Shown here: positions 1 through 13,546 of the stretch, piece by piece
How positions within the stretch are numbered: the stretch's first letter is position 1
Layout: each line of letters starts with the position of its first letter
Assembly (NCBI RefSeq): GCF_018350175.1
Contig: NC_058373.1
Coordinates: forward strand, 104,906,001-104,970,000
Direction: 5' to 3'
From: Felis catus
Lineage: Eukaryota
DNA: 64,000 bases
The notes under the pieces: generated by a model
What the model was told of the DNA's origin: nothing
Databases searched by the model: none
The model's input: only the letters and a program-made list of their open reading frames with translations
Made by a program: the position numbers and the translations under genes

Positions 1-65
1 GGAAGTGCTGAATCACTATGTTGTACACTGAAACTAATGTAACACTGTAGGTTAACTACACTGGG
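1..65 (+). mobile_element. L1 3' terminal fragment
   Basis: gaatcactatgttgtacactgaaactaatgtaacactg resembles the end of the L1 at 40780-40830. Confidence 0.7.
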
Positions 66-71
66 AAAGAT

Positions 72-188
72 GGAAGGAAGGAAGGAAGGAAGGAAGGAAG
101 GAGGGAAGGAAGGAAGGAAGGAAGGAAGGAAGGAAGGAAGGAAGGAAGGAAGGAAGGAAGGAAGGAAGGAAGGAAGGAAGGAAGGAAG
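72..188. repeat. (GGAA)n microsatellite
   Basis: Seen directly; sits at the L1 tail position. Confidence 0.98.
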
Positions 189-194
189 TTGAAA

Positions 195-532
195 GGGCCA
201 TGCTCCCGACACAGACTCTAAAGAAGGATCCTTCCTTGCCTCTTCCAGTCTCTGGTAGGCCCACGTGTTCCCCGGCTGGTGGTAGCATCAGTGCAATTTC
301 ACATGGCTCCTTCTCTGTGTGTGTTGGTCTCTATGGCCTTCTCCTCATGTGTCTGTGCCCAAATTTCCCTCTTCTAATAGGACATCAGTCACAATGGATT
401 AAAGGCCCTTCCTAATGACCTCATCTTGATTAAATCTGCAAAGACCCTATTTCCAAATGTCATATTCAGAGGTCTTGGGGGTTAGGACTTCAACCTATCT
501 ATCTGGGGGAGGAGGATACAATTCAACCCATG
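195..532 (-). mobile_element. MLT1 (MaLR) LTR fragment
   Basis: gcaaagaccctatttccaaatgtcatattcagagg...gttaggacttcaac...caattcaaccca. Confidence 0.8.
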
Positions 533-619
533 CCCCAGAGCCAGTAGTCCAAAAGGAGGGTTTTCAAAGATAAAAATGGGAAAGATAATCTATATGCTCT
601 TTTAAAATAACATTTTTGT

Positions 620-757
620 GGGGCGCCTGGGTGGCTCAGTCAGTTAAGCATCCAACTCTTGGTTTCGGCTCAGGTCATGATCTCACGGTTCATGATTTTG
701 AGCCCTGCATCAGGCTCCACGCTGAAAGTGCTGAGCCCATTTGGGATTCTCTGTCTC

Positions 758-796
<39 letters not shown>

Positions 797-870
797 GCCC
801 TTACCCCACTATGCTCACTCTCTCTCTCTACCAAAATAAATAAATAAACATTTAAAAACTAAATAAATAA
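620..870 (+). mobile_element. Can-SINE
   Basis: ggggcgcctgggtggctcagt head, (CT)n, A-rich tail, TSD aaaata(a/g)cattt. Confidence 0.95.
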
Positions 871-1337
871 AATAGCATTTAATTAAATATCAGTAGTCAA
901 GTCATGGTTCTGTCCAAATGAGGAGAAAATCTGACTATCTGCATCCTAAGAAAGGCTTGCCATGCCTGGCATATCATTTTTAGTATTCTGCTTTGATTTA
1001 ATGAGTCGGAGAAGGACACAGTCTCACAGCTTTTGCCGGGAACATTCTGGTACTATCCATCTATCACAACCTCGCTAGCTCATGTCTCCCCTGATCAATA
1101 AGAATGCAGAATCGATGCCTGTGTCAAGCTGCATGGTTAATTCTCAATCACACACACTGACAGAGGCAAGCAGTTGTGTAAACACTAAAACTAACAAAAA
1201 CTTTCCACCTGGCTAGAATTTGATCGTTTTTTTTAATTGAAAAATTTTCAGACAATTCTTAAAAATAGTTTGTAATCCCTCAGTTTAGATCAAATGGAAG
1301 AAGCAGTCCAAGAAAGTAGCCTAGAAATAGCTATATT

Positions 1338-1526
1338 GGGAGCACCTGGGTGGCTCAGTCAGTTAAGCAAGCATCCAACTTTGGTTCAGGTCATGATCTC
1401 ATGATTTGTGAGTTCGAGCCCTGCATCAGGCTCTCTGCTGTCAGCACAGAGCCTACTTTGGAGCCTGTCTTCATCTCTCTCTCTCTGCCCCTCCCCCCAA
1501 CCAAAAATAAATAAACATTTAAAAAA
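1338..1526 (+). mobile_element. Can-SINE
   Basis: Head, (CT)n and tail present. Confidence 0.95.
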
Positions 1527-1536
1527 TAGTTAGACT

Positions 1537-1743
1537 GGGGTGCCTGGGTGGCTCCGTTGGTTAAACATCTGACTCTTGATTTGGGTTCAGTTCATAATCT
1601 CACTGTTTGGTGACTTTGGGCCCCACGTCAGTCTCTGCACTCAGAGCACAGAGACTGTTTGGGATTCTCTCTCTCCCTCTGGCTCTGCTCCTCTCTCACT
1701 TGTGCTGTCTCTGTTTCTCTCAAAATAAACTAAAATTTAAAAA
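1537..1743 (+). mobile_element. Can-SINE, tandem to the previous copy
   Basis: Head, (CT)n and tail; TSD agttaga. Confidence 0.95.
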
Positions 1744-2052
1744 GTTAGATTAGCAACAAAAACCAATCTGGGAGTAAATTATCAGTGCAGATAATCCACT
1801 ACTTTAAGCTAAGAATTAGCTAGACTTAAAATATCAATAATAGATTGATACCTAAAACATTGGCATTAAAATTTTACTTAAATAATTCCAGCAGAGTATT
1901 AGTTATCATGTTAAAGAAATTACCACTTATAACATTTATGCGTTCATTACTTTTTCCCAAAGTGTTTAATTATTATCTGTTCCTTCCTGATTAGTTTGTC
2001 ATAGCATCATAAGCATGGAAATTTAGCAAAAATTCTGATTAAAAATACCTAT

Positions 2053-2257
2053 GGGGGGGGGAACCTGGGTGGCTCAGTCAGTTTAATGTGTGACTCTTGG
2101 CTCAGGTCATGATCTCACAGTTCGTGGGATTGAGCCCCTTGTCAGGCTCTCTGCTGAGCGTGGAGCCTGCTTGGGATTCTCTCTCTCCCTCTCTCTCTGC
2201 CCCTCCTCTGCTCTTTCTCTGTCTCTTTCTCTCTCTCAAAATAAATAAAAATTTTAA
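2053..2257 (+). mobile_element. Can-SINE
   Basis: Head, (CT)n and tail present. Confidence 0.95.
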
Positions 2258-2447
2258 AGTATACACTATAAAGAGGGAGGAGGTAGGAGCTGTCAAACGA
2301 TGTCTAAAGCTGTGAGACATTTGTGATTCTCACTACTTTTGCTCTTGAGATTGGCAACTACTGTATTCACTGTGGTATTCAAAGTAAAAAATAATACCTC
2401 CCTGCTGGAGCAGAAGACATCAACATTATCAGAGAACAAGAGTGCTC

Positions 2448-2666
2448 TTTTAATTTTTTTTTTAACGTTTATTTATTTTTGGGACAGAGAGAGACAGAGC
2501 ATGAACGGGGGAGGGGCAGAGAGAGAGGGAGACACAGAATCGGAAACAGGCTCCAGGCTCTGAGCCATCAGCCCAGAGCCCGACACGGGGCTCGAACTCA
2601 CGGACCGCGAGATCGTGACCTGAGCTGAAGTCGGATGCTCAACCGACTGAGCCACCCAGGCGCCCC
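2448..2666 (-). mobile_element. Can-SINE (fairly young felid type)
   Basis: CpGs largely intact; TSD aagagtgctc. Confidence 0.97.
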
Positions 2667-3429
2667 AAGAGTGCTCCTAAATAAGCACAATATTTTTTTT
2701 CAATAATGTCAATTATTACTCAAAACTTTTTGAAAGACTTCTTTCCTATAATGCCACCAGAGTGTATAAAATATTCTTCATAATTCCTTTGTTAATTTAG
2801 TAAATTCTTATTTAGTGCTTGCCATGTATGTGATATTGTGCTAGGTGTCATTGATTTTTTTTAAAGATTCAAGAGCAGTTCAGAGCAAAGTCGAACACCT
2901 GATATTATTGATCAAGCAGGGTAATTCCATTTAGATCAAAAAACATTTCGCAAAAAGTACACTGCCAGGCAAAGTACAGTTCAATCTTTCTGCATCAAAA
3001 TAGAGCCCTTTAGATGGTTTCAGAATTTCTTCAGAATAAGTCTGGCTGACACTGGACCTTAGAGGATAACTTTTTAGCAAACAATGCCATTGATTTCTGA
3101 GAATCTATCTGCATTGCCTTATTGTGTGATTGAAGCCATTCTGTCCCCTCAAGCCTCAAGACTCAAATCAGACATCCAGCTGAGCCCAGCAGACATCACC
3201 ATCATTTAAGACCTTCTCCGGGGACTTATTTTTTCCAGTTCCCCTTGAAAGATCTATACAAATGGTGAGTCATTGTGATTTCTATGCATCACTGCAAATA
3301 CACAGCATACTCTCACAGAGCTTCCTCTCGTGACCACACTGTCCTTTCGAATAACCCATTTCCTTACCTAATGTACTCTTCAAGGGAGGATGGGTAGAAA
3401 CCAGCTCTGCCGATAGATGTGAGTGACTG

Positions 3430-3910
3430 GATGACCCATTTATATAGCAATATGCTTCCATGTTATCCCCACTTTCTAATACTCATGTCCTTGAGTGTCC
3501 TGATACTCCATCTGAGTGTGGGCAGAAACCATGATTTGCTTTTAACCAACAGAATATGGTAAAGGTGATGGGATGTCACTTCTATGATTATGTTACATAA
3601 GACTGTAATGTCTGCCTTACCAGCAGACTTTCTTTCTTGTTAGCTTTCTTAAGGCAAGCTGCTATGTTGTGAGCTGCCCTGTGGGAAGGCCCACATGGCA
3701 AGGAACTGAGGGTAAGCCTCCAGTCTCCAGCCGACAAAAACCCAAGTCCTCAGTCCTACCACTCACAAGAAATTGAATTCTGCCAACCACCATGTAAGCT
3801 TGGAGGCAGATCTTTCTCCGGTCAGACCTTGGGATGAGGCCAGTCTCAGCTGACACCTTACAGTGGAGATCCTACAGCAGAGGACCCAGCTAAGCTGTGC
3901 CTTCCTCCTA
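3430..3910 (+). mobile_element. MLT1 LTR (MLT1F-like)
   Basis: aaccaacagaatatggtaaaggtgatgggatgtcac...ggcccacatggcaaggaactgagg...gaggacccagctaagctgtgcc. Confidence 0.8.
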
Positions 3911-4171
3911 ACGTTACCTCATCTCCATAGCCTTGCTTGCTAGTAGCCTTGTTTATTTTCACAAAAATGCCCACTGATCTTCAGAAATTCCAATATAATT
4001 CAACAACTGTCAACAACATGCACATTTTGTGGTCAATCCTGATACTAATATCTTGGTCTGTATACACGTTATAATGTGCCAGAGTCATGCCAATGCATCC
4101 TGTGCCTCTACACACCAGATGACAAACCTAATCCTGTTCTTCATAGTTGCCTTCTAGAGTAAATAGGGAAT

Positions 4172-4418
4172 ACAAAATAGATAAATCTAATAGAGATAGA
4201 AAGCAACCTAGAGGTTGCCAGGGCTAGGAGAAGAGAGAAATGGGGGAGTAGCTGCCTAATGGGTACAGGGTTTCCTTTTGGGGTGATGAAAATGTCTTGG
4301 AAGTAAAGAGAGGTAATGGTTATGTAACATTGTGAATGTATTAAATGCCACTGAATTGTACACTTTAAAATGGTTAGTAGTTATTCTATGCTATGTGAAT
4401 TTTGCCACAATAAAGCAA
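4172..4418 (+). mobile_element. L1MB-like 3' UTR end
   Basis: aatgggtacagggtttccttttggggtgatgaaaatg...tgccactgaattgtacactttaaaatgg. Confidence 0.85.
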
Positions 4419-6582
4419 ATTTTTTTTGATACAAAGGAAAAAAGAGTAACTAGAGATAAGTAGGGACTAAGAAGGCTTTGAAGGGTTCAGAGAAATAATT
4501 TTGAAACATAAAAGTTCAGTCTGGTCACTTTCCCAAAAGGAAAAAACCAAAAGCAACTTACTACACATACTACTTCTAGATACTATGTTCATGGATCCTA
4601 AAAGGTCATTGATGATAAGACTTACCATTGACATTCACATTACCATTCACATACACATCGACTGTAAGACTTATCCATGATTTTGGAAGCATTCAAATGC
4701 AAAAAAAAATCACTAGACTCAAAGGAAAACACTATCACAAATAAAATAAACACAGCAACTACTAATTTCAGCAGATATATTTTACTTGATGAACCTATAA
4801 TGTAACTTAGAATGCATGGATATAAAGTGGAAAAATTATAATATCAACTATGGAAAAAATGCGTGGACTGTAAAATAGACAATTACTGGACTGGAAGACA
4901 ATTTACTTCCTCTGAGTAGAGGAATCATGGGTGAGTTTTCCCATCTTCTTCAAACACTTAAAAAGTGACATAAAAGGATTTCTTCACCTTTCATCAGATT
5001 GTGCCTTCCCATCTTCTCCTGGTAGGAAGAGGGCCCTCTGGCCTCAGGCACCAACACGACACAATAAGAGATGAAAATGATGGCAATAGAGATGTTTGTT
5101 TTTCAGGGTCAGTACTTCTCTCTGAAAACTTCATTTATTCAACAAAAATGTATCCAGGGCCTATTACGTGGTAGGCATTGTTCTAGACACCAGGGAGACG
5201 ACTGTGAATCTGAAAAGTCTTTGATTATGGAGCATCCAACCAAAACCACAGGGTGAAGCTGGAGCCCCAGTAGGAGAGTGATAAAGAAGAATAAGAGAGG
5301 AGACCAAGAAAGAGGGACTTCTGACCACTCATATAAGGAAAGTCATCACAGCCTGAAAGGCCACCAGAGGGAAATGGTAGCAAAACACTTGTACCACCCC
5401 CTGGCCTCTGAGCGATTTTGTGATCTGTTGTAAATCAGTGTTCTTTCAGGTGGTGGACAGAGCCAGAAGCCTAACCCAGCTGTTTCTGGGCATAATGCCA
5501 AAGTTATATATTTTACCCAAAATTTTTGCTTTGAGCATCTACTGCTTCATAATCAAAATAAACAAAAATGGGGAAATGGACTAATATTAACTCCTGCCTT
5601 ACTCCCATTAGCCAACCAAGCAGGTGGTTTTAGGAGTGACAGGTCCTTTTCTGCTAAAATAATCACCTTATGAATATATAAAATAAGAAATCCCAAGAGC
5701 AGCTGAAATTTCACTTCAAGAAAAAAAAAAAGAGAGAAAGAATAAGTGAAAGAGAGTGTCATATTTCTCTTTGGAAAGTGCTGGCTTTTTCTGAATTCTA
5801 ATGGACTATATGTCATTGAAACATTGAAGTGGCCTGAATGATTTTTCTTTTCAGGATGATAATGGATGTGACATAGGTGCTAAAGGACTAACAGGAAGCA
5901 AGAATATAAGACGAGCAGATGCTGAAAAGGGACCTTCAAAAGCTTTTAGTCCTTTTTTATTATTCACACCCCTTAATGGATATGTCTGCATATTGACTAT
6001 AAAAATCAACTTTCCACATTTGGAAATGATGTGGTGGATTCAGTCCCTAACCTCCTCAAAAAAATCCCTTTAGTTGCTGATGCTTTTGCATTAAAGGAAG
6101 TATTAATGTTCCCGCCTTAAGCTTTACATATTGATCACTATTCACTGACTAGAGTAATTGCCTACATATGAAGTGTTGTAGCCTTGAAAGATGTTCTTCG
6201 CTTTTGGAACATCCCGTCATCATGCCTGTCATGATAAGACAGCATCATATTTGCCTTGCTCAGCTGAAACTGAGACATTTCACTAGCCTTCATGATGACA
6301 ACCTGACAACCAATTCATTTGGGAATGAGCCTAATGTTTTGTCACCAAAGGACACAAGGTAGATTTCAGAGATCTAAGAAAAGAGATAGTGACAGCTTAC
6401 GTTGAGCAAATTACCCTTGTTTCTCAGCCAGCAGGCAAAAGTATTACAAGGAAAGTGTTTTGACTCTTGGATTTGAAGTGATAGAGCCAAAATAAAGCCA
6501 TCAACTCTAACAGCTTAAAGAGGACTCTAAAGATCGAGTCCAAAGATCCCCTGGCCATCTGCAGATATCAGAACCTTACCTA

Positions 6583-6707
6583 GGGGTGCCTGAGTGGCTC
6601 AATCAGTTAAGCATCTAACTCGATTTCGGCTTGGGTCATGATCTCATGGTTTCGTAAGTTCAAGCCCCACGTCAGGCTCTGAACTGACAGTGCAGAGCTT
6701 GCTTGGG

Positions 6708-6747
<40 letters not shown>

Positions 6748-6815
6748 CCTTCTCTCTACCCCTCCGCTATTCACACTGTCTCTCTCTCAAAATAAAAAAA
6801 CAAACTTTAAAAAAA
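6583..6815 (+). mobile_element. Can-SINE
   Basis: TSD agaaccttaccta. Confidence 0.95.
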
Positions 6816-6939
6816 GAACCTTACCTAGAAGATCAACAGCCAGTTGTAACGTCTAAGTTTCTTCTTTCCACAGTTACTCACATTTCCACTGAGATGAGAA
6901 ATGCTTGCAGTAACCTCTCCTACCCACTTGTGTATGCAA

Positions 6940-8075
6940 AGGCATTCACTCAATTATTTTAGTCAACCAATAACTGCATGTGGAGCCACTGACACGTGTT
7001 ATACACTAAGATAGGGTGCAGGGAATACAACAGTGAATAAAGCTTGATTCCCTGTCTTCAAATAGCTCACAATCTTATGGAGAAGGAAGACGTTAACAAA
7101 TACAATATAACACTGTCAGCAAAGGTCTGTAGAAGTAGAAACAAGGAAGTAATCAATTCACGAGAATTCTCCCAATTGAGATGACATTTGCATCAGGTAT
7201 TACAGACCGAGTAGGCATTCCACAGACAGACACGAGAGAAGCAGGAAAAGGAATTCCAGACAGAGACCTTGGTATGCAAAATCTTAGAAACATGAAGAAC
7301 ATTGCATGCTCAGGATAAGAGGAGTTCAGTGTGGCAAGAATGTGAAGTTGAAGTACACACATATCAAGAAGCAACATAGCAGAAGAGGAGTTTCTAAGAA
7401 GGCAGATTTAAAGCCAAAATGTGCACAGCCTCAGAGGCCATACAAAGGGAACTCAATTTATCCCATAGGTAAATGAGGTAGCCAACACAAGGTTTTCATT
7501 TAAACAGAACTGTGCTGGGCAGCTGGGTGACTCAGTCAGTTAAGTGTTTGACTCCTTATTTCAGTTCAAATCCATGACCCCAGGATTGTGGGATCAAGCC
7601 ACGCATAGGGCTCTGTGCTGAGTGAGGAGCCTGCTTAAGACTCTCTCTCTCCTTCTGACCCTCTCCCCTGCTCTAGCTATAAGTGAATAAATAAATAGGA
7701 CTGTGCTGTCTTATTCAATTTGATGGTCTCTTAGAACCTGGCATAACACCCTTTCACAATATAAATATTTGTTCAGTGGGGTAGTTGCTGCTCAACAGAC
7801 AATCAGATTTGTGTTTCAGAAAGGTATCACTGAAAACAGTGCAGAGAATGAACTGGAAGGTGGAAGCCACCGCACTAAAGATGGGTGAAGAGGCTCCTGC
7901 AATAGTCTGGGCAAAAGACAATGCTGGCCGAAGGAAGGCACTATGGCCAGCAAGGGTGAGTTCACCAGCAACTTAGGAGACAGAATTAATGGGACTCTGC
8001 TGCTGACTGGATGTGGAAATTGAGTGAATAGAGAGGAATTCGAGATGACACTCTGGTTTATAACTTAACAAAGAG
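6940..8075 (-). mobile_element. L2 fragments, interrupted by a SINE
   Basis: Degenerate L2 3' motifs (cattcactcaa...; gtgttttagaaagatcact-like segment). Confidence 0.6.
7517..7696 (+). mobile_element. Older Can-SINE
   Basis: TSD actgtgctg. Confidence 0.9.
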
Positions 8076-8645
8076 CGTTGCCAAATGGCTCAGAACCCCT
8101 ATCAGCTCAAAGGGGAGGCAGAAGTTGACAGGATCCAGATCACAGCTGGAAGGGGTAGACTTGGGCAGGGGGTGGGTTGCCTCTTTTTTTTGAGTCAAAA
8201 AGAAGGGAGCACAAAGGAAAATTAAAGGGGCTTCTACACAGTGACCTCAGACCCATCCAAAGCCCCTTTATGTAAATGAAAAAAACACAGCTGAGAGCCA
8301 TCAAAAGAGCTGCCAAAGACCACACTATACATTAGAAGAATAGAGCAACACAAGAAGTTTCCCCAGGGCTCCTCCCGTGATAATTTAATGTTTCTTTATA
8401 TAAATCAAGACAGCATCAAATACTTGAACTTCCTGAGCATGGAAATGGAAGAGAAGACATGTTTGTAAATTAAGCAAAATCATATACAGCTAGGCCTTCT
8501 GCCGTTCTGAACATTCAGCTCTTGCCAATTTATTTTGTAACCTGGTACCCTGGAACATTTGTTGTCTTGATTCTAAGGAAAATAGTGGGAAAGATCAACA
8601 GATGGAGTCATACTAACCCTGAGGCCCTGGTTTTTGTAATGTAAC

Positions 8646-9637
8646 AATTTTTTTTTAATTTAAATTCATGTTAGTTAACATATCGTGAGTATCGGTTTCA
8701 GGAGTAGAATTAAGTGGGGTGCCTGGGTGGCTCAGTTGGTTAAGCATCCAACTTTTGATTTCAGCTCAGGTCATAATCTCATGGTTTGTGGAATCAAGCC
8801 TTGTGTCGGGCTCTGCACTGACAGCTTGGAGCCTGCTTGGGATTCTCTCTCTCCCTCTCTTTCTGTCCCCCCACCGCCCGCCGCACTCATGCACACAAGC
8901 TCTCAAGTGCTCTCTCTCTCTCTCAAAATAAACTTTAATACATATATGTATAATTTTTACAGGGGTAGAATTTAGTGATTCATCACTTACATATAACACC
9001 CAGTGCTCATCTCCCAACAAGTGTCCTCCTTAATGCCCATCACCCATTTAGACCATCCCCCCACCCAACACCCCACCAGCAACCCGGTTTGTTCTCTGCA
9101 TTTAAGAGTCTCTTATGGTTTTCCTCCCTCTCTGTTTTTATCTTGTTTCATTTTCTCTTCCCTTCCCCTACGTTCATCTGTTTTGTTTCTTAAATTCAAC
9201 ACAGGAGTGAAATCATAGGATATTTGCCTTTCTCTGAGTGACTTATTTCACTTAACATAATACACTCTAGTTCCACCCATGGTGTTACAAATGGCAAGAT
9301 TTCATTCTTTTTGATTGCTGAGTAATATTCCATTGCACATCTTCTTTATCCATTCATCAGTCAATGGACATTTGGGCTCTTTCCATTCTTTGGCTACTGT
9401 CAACAGTGCTGCTATAAACACTGGGGTGCATGTGCCCCTTAGAAACAGCATACCTGTATCCCTTGGGTAAATACCTAGTAGTGCAATTTCTGGGTCACAG
9501 GGTAGTTCTGTTTTTAATTTTTTGAGGAATCTCCATACTGTTTTCCAGAGAGGCTGCACCAATTTGCATTCCCATCAACAGTGCAAGAGGGTTCCTCTTT
9601 CTCCACATCCTCACCAACATCTGTTGTTTCCTGAGTG
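8646..9637 (-). mobile_element. Carnivore L1, ORF2 C-terminus and 3' UTR, interrupted by a SINE
   Basis: ORF 9302-9562 ([30 protein letters not shown]) is the L1 ORF2 C-terminal region. Confidence 0.93.
8716..8960 (+). mobile_element. Can-SINE nested in L1
   Basis: TSD gtagaatt(a/t)agtg. Confidence 0.95.
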
Positions 9638-10628
9638 TAAATGTTTTTTGAATGAATTAAATGCAGTTGAGTGCAGACCTCAGAGTTAAGTTTTTAAAAA
9701 AACAAACTTAGTTTTGCCAAATCTTAATTGAAAAGGAGGCAAGAAAAGTTTTTGCTGATCCATCAGAATACATTTCTGCTGTCTTTACACTACAAATTTT
9801 TTACTCTCCTAAAAATAAGGCATTCAGATTTGCTAACTTGTTTTTATTCATCCAAAAGTCAATATTTGGGATGCAATAAATTGAATTTAGGCTTTCAAAA
9901 TATAACTCATAAGTTGCTAGAGATATAGCAACTACTAAACAGAATAGCTTCATGTTTCTTATCAATATTTCTTTTTTTACTATCTGCTTAAAATGTCCAA
10001 GTTCTAATGCATGACCAGCCCCTCCCTCTAGCCAGGTCATGTGAGCGTAACCAAAGTTGGGCCCACAGTTGTGTTTTAGGCTAACTTCAACATCCTGATG
10101 GGACATGAAGCTTTTGTTTAATCCAAACACCCCAGTGAGGAATGACTATAGAAACAAGGGAAGACAGACTGCTTCAACATTCAGTTTTAACTTCCATATA
10201 TCATACACTAATAAAATAATCAAGACTATCTGTCAAAGTGTCTGACATATAAAAGACATGAAGCAGTTTTTAATATCTCAGTGGAGAGGTCATGGCAGTA
10301 ATACAGATCATGTTAATTTTTTAGACCTTCCAAATTACCTAAGTAAAATTAGGAAGGAAGGCAATTTTTATGCATTTCAGATGGTGCTGGTGACAAAGGA
10401 AGTAAAATGAACCAGAATGAGAATCCATGCCAGATGCTGGCTTTCTAATTGGTGCCTTGATGCATGATATGAGCATCTTCTGAAACACCATTTTATCCCA
10501 GGACCATCCCTGACCCCTAAACTCAGCCAAGTCCCCTTGTCATCTGCTTCTTTTCATCTAGCACATGTCCTATGATTACGTTAATCTCTCTGTACTATAA
10601 TTACTTCTCATTTTTTTAGTATCACCTC

Positions 10629-10850
10629 TTTTTTTAACGTTTATTTATTTTTGAAGGAGAGAGAGACAGAGTGTGAGTGGGGGTGGGGTGGGGGGGGTTG
10701 GCAGAGAGAGAGGAAGACACAGAACCCGAAGCAGGCTCCAGGCTCTGAGCTGTCAGCACAGAGCCCGACGCAGGGCTCAAACCCACAAACCGCGAGATCA
10801 TGACCCGAGCCGAAGTCAGACACTCAACTGACTGAGCCACCCAGGCGCCC
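10629..10850 (-). mobile_element. Can-SINE
   Basis: TSD gtatcacctc. Confidence 0.95.
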
Positions 10851-11762
10851 TGTGTATCACCTCCTTGATTGCCTATCTTTCCCACCAGGCAGGAAGCTCC
10901 AAAAAGCCAGATTGTCTGTACTGTTCATCATTGTAAGCCCAGAGCCTCACACATTGTAGGGGCCTACGAAGTACTTCTTGAATGAATGAATTGGTAAATA
11001 AGTGAAAGATGGAATGAAATGGTTTTCTGAATCAACTTTTTTCTGAAAAGACCTGAGCATTATTGGGCTGTTAAAAATAATGAACAGTAGTATACTGCAA
11101 AGGATTTGAGTTTGGGGGTGAGGAAGAACGCTAGATGCTCTGTTAATTTTAATGGCGATTAGCGTTCCTTTCCTTTTTCCTCTGCTAGAATCCTTCGGCC
11201 AGAGCTTTCCTGTAGTTTTAGTTGACTGCAGCGACATCTACTGCTGAGATGCAGGAAGATGCATCTTTCCACTTGCTGATTGCAGGGGGTGCCTGAGAGA
11301 AGACCCCAGGGCGTCCAGGTGTCACCCTATCATCCTGCATAATGAGTCTTACAGACTGTTATCTCCACTTTACAAACAGGAAACTTGAGTGTATATTCAT
11401 TAACATATCCCAGAGCAAATCAGGGACAGAGCCCTTAATCCCAACTCCTGGCTACAGTGCCTCTCACTGGAACCTTGCTGAATGATGAAGGGGGATGATT
11501 ATTGCAGAAATCCCTCGCTAGAGGAAATGCATTGCTAGTATAAATAAACTCCTCTTTATCTGAATACCACCTCTATATCTACATTTGGCCTTGACAAATT
11601 GCCACCTCTTTGGGAATCTGGCCCATAAAAATATGGCAACTCCAAACTAAATGAGTAGGGAGGAAAAAAAATCAGGAAACCTAAAACATCCTTATGTCAT
11701 GTTGCAAAAATAATTTAACGCTGTTATTTTTCCAGTGCCATTGTTCACTTAAGTCACTCTGC

Positions 11763-11974
11763 AGGGTCTCCTGGGTGGCTCAGTCAGTTAAGCATCAGAC
11801 TTCGGCTCAGGTCATGATCTCACGGTTCGTGAGTTCGAGCCCCGCGTCAGGTTCTGTGCTGACTCAGAGCCTAGAGCCTGCTTTGGATTCTGTGTCTCCC
11901 TGTCTCTCTGCTGACCTCCCCCACTTGCAGTCTGTCTCTTTCTCTCTCAAAAATAAATAAATATTTTTAAAAAA
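11763..11974 (+). mobile_element. Can-SINE
   Basis: TSD aagtcactctg. Confidence 0.95.
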
Positions 11975-12356
11975 GAAGTCACTCTGTGTTAGCCTCATCA
12001 CTAAAGCCAATCTGCTATAAAAAGTGTAAAAAAATAAAAAGTGTAAAAAAAAATATTAGAGGCGGGCATTGCCTATGATTGTAGACAAACATACCCCAAC
12101 TCATACAATCAAAATGCTTACAGAACCCCAAATTTTACACAGGACTATGTTTCTTGCGTGAAATAAAATGTCAAATACCACCCTCCCTGAGCAGCTGTCC
12201 CCTCATCAGGTCATTCTGTCAACTGACACCCACTCTGGTGTGTGCACATTCACGCAACTCAATGCCTTCGAGGTCTAAAGTGATTATCATCCTAGCAAGC
12301 AACCCACTGTTACGTCCTCTTCACCTCTTTGCTCGATCTCAGAAAGGATGGATTTA

Positions 12357-12548
12357 GGGGCACCTGGGTGTCTCAATCAGTTGAGCGTCTGACTCTTGAT
12401 TTCTGCTCAGGTCATGATCTCACGGTTCATGGGATTGAGCTTCACATGGGGCTCTGCTTAGGATTCTCTCTCCCTCTTTCTCTCTGTCCTTCCCCTGCTC
12501 ACACTCTCCCTTTCAAAATAAATAAATAAACTTAAAAATAAAAGAAAG
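12357..12548 (+). mobile_element. Can-SINE
   Basis: TSD tggattta. Confidence 0.93.
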
Positions 12549-12724
12549 CCTGGATTTATGGAGGTCTTCAGAAAAACATTAAAAGCTATAATTTATCTTT
12601 AAACACTTTTTTTTCAACTTGTGCTTAGAAAACATATCAAGACATGCTCATTACAGGTTCAATGGAATTTTATGTTTAAGCAGATGGAAGGGAAAGGACA
12701 TTGGAGATGGAGAAAATGACGTGG

Positions 12725-12920
12725 CAACCCCAGACCTAGCTTCTCTGCCAAGTACCTATGCGCTAGGAACAAGTTATGAACTACCCTGAGCCCCTTCTTT
12801 CCCGGCAGTAAAATGGGGGTGTTAATAGCTCCCCATTTGTCTCACTGTTTGGACAAACAAGGTAATATGTGTTAAAATATTTAGTAAACTATAAGAGGAT
12901 CACACAAATTTACAGAACTA
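12725..12920 (+). mobile_element. MIR
   Basis: Degenerate core acaagtta...ctgagcc...gtaaaatgggg. Confidence 0.6.
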
Positions 12921-13113
12921 TTACTTCTTAAATCTCTAAAGTGAATCACTGAGGAAATTCTACTATATTTGCATGTCTCTTGATAAACCAAGAAGTCCAA
13001 TACTTACTAGCCTAAGTTCAAGAAGCAGCCATTGAAATGCAGAGTTTAAACTTACAAAGAACTGTCAAATTCACCTTAACTCAAACTTTTGCTGAAGAGT
13101 GAAATAACTTTTC

Positions 13114-13315
13114 GGGGCGCCTGGGTGGCTCAGTCAGTTAAGCATCCAACTCTTGGTTTTGGCTCAGATCATGATCTCAGGGTTGGTGAGATTGAGCCCC
13201 ACACCTGACAGTGCAGAACCCCCTTAGGATTATCTCTCTCCCTCTCTCTTTCTGCCCCTCCCCTGCTTGTGCTCTTTCTTTCAAAATAAATTCCTAAACT
13301 TAAAAAAAAAAGAAT
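13114..13315 (+). mobile_element. Can-SINE
   Basis: TSD aaataacttttc. Confidence 0.95.
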
Positions 13316-13329
13316 AAAATAACTTTTCA

Positions 13330-13546
13330 CTTGTCAACGGACATTTGACTCCAATGGACTCATAGTTTGGCTATTGTTAGTAATGCTGCTATAAATGTTA
13401 GAGTGCATGCACAACTTCAAATATGTGTTTTTGTATCCTCTGGGTAAATACACAAGAGTGCAACTGCTGGGTCGTAGGGTAGTTCTGTTTTTAACTTTTT
13501 GAGGAAGCTCCACACTGTTCTCCAGAATGGCTGCACCAGTATTTGC
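13330..13546 (-). mobile_element. L1 ORF2 C-terminal fragment
   Basis: Translates [25 protein letters not shown]. Confidence 0.9.

Noticed and set aside
3239..3264. Plus-strand ttttccag|26 nt|gtgagt exon-like pattern overlapping an AP-1 motif (TGAGTCA)
   Set aside because: Antisense to the gene, not a multiple of 3, and no partner exons
5359..5406. ggccaccagagggaa, a CTCF-like motif
   Set aside because: Mismatch at the conserved GGC position and no supporting CpG context
9302..9562. ORF with a recognisable protein motif (also 13417, 40150, 42848)
   Set aside because: L1 ORF2 C-terminal remnants from truncated, non-autonomous copies
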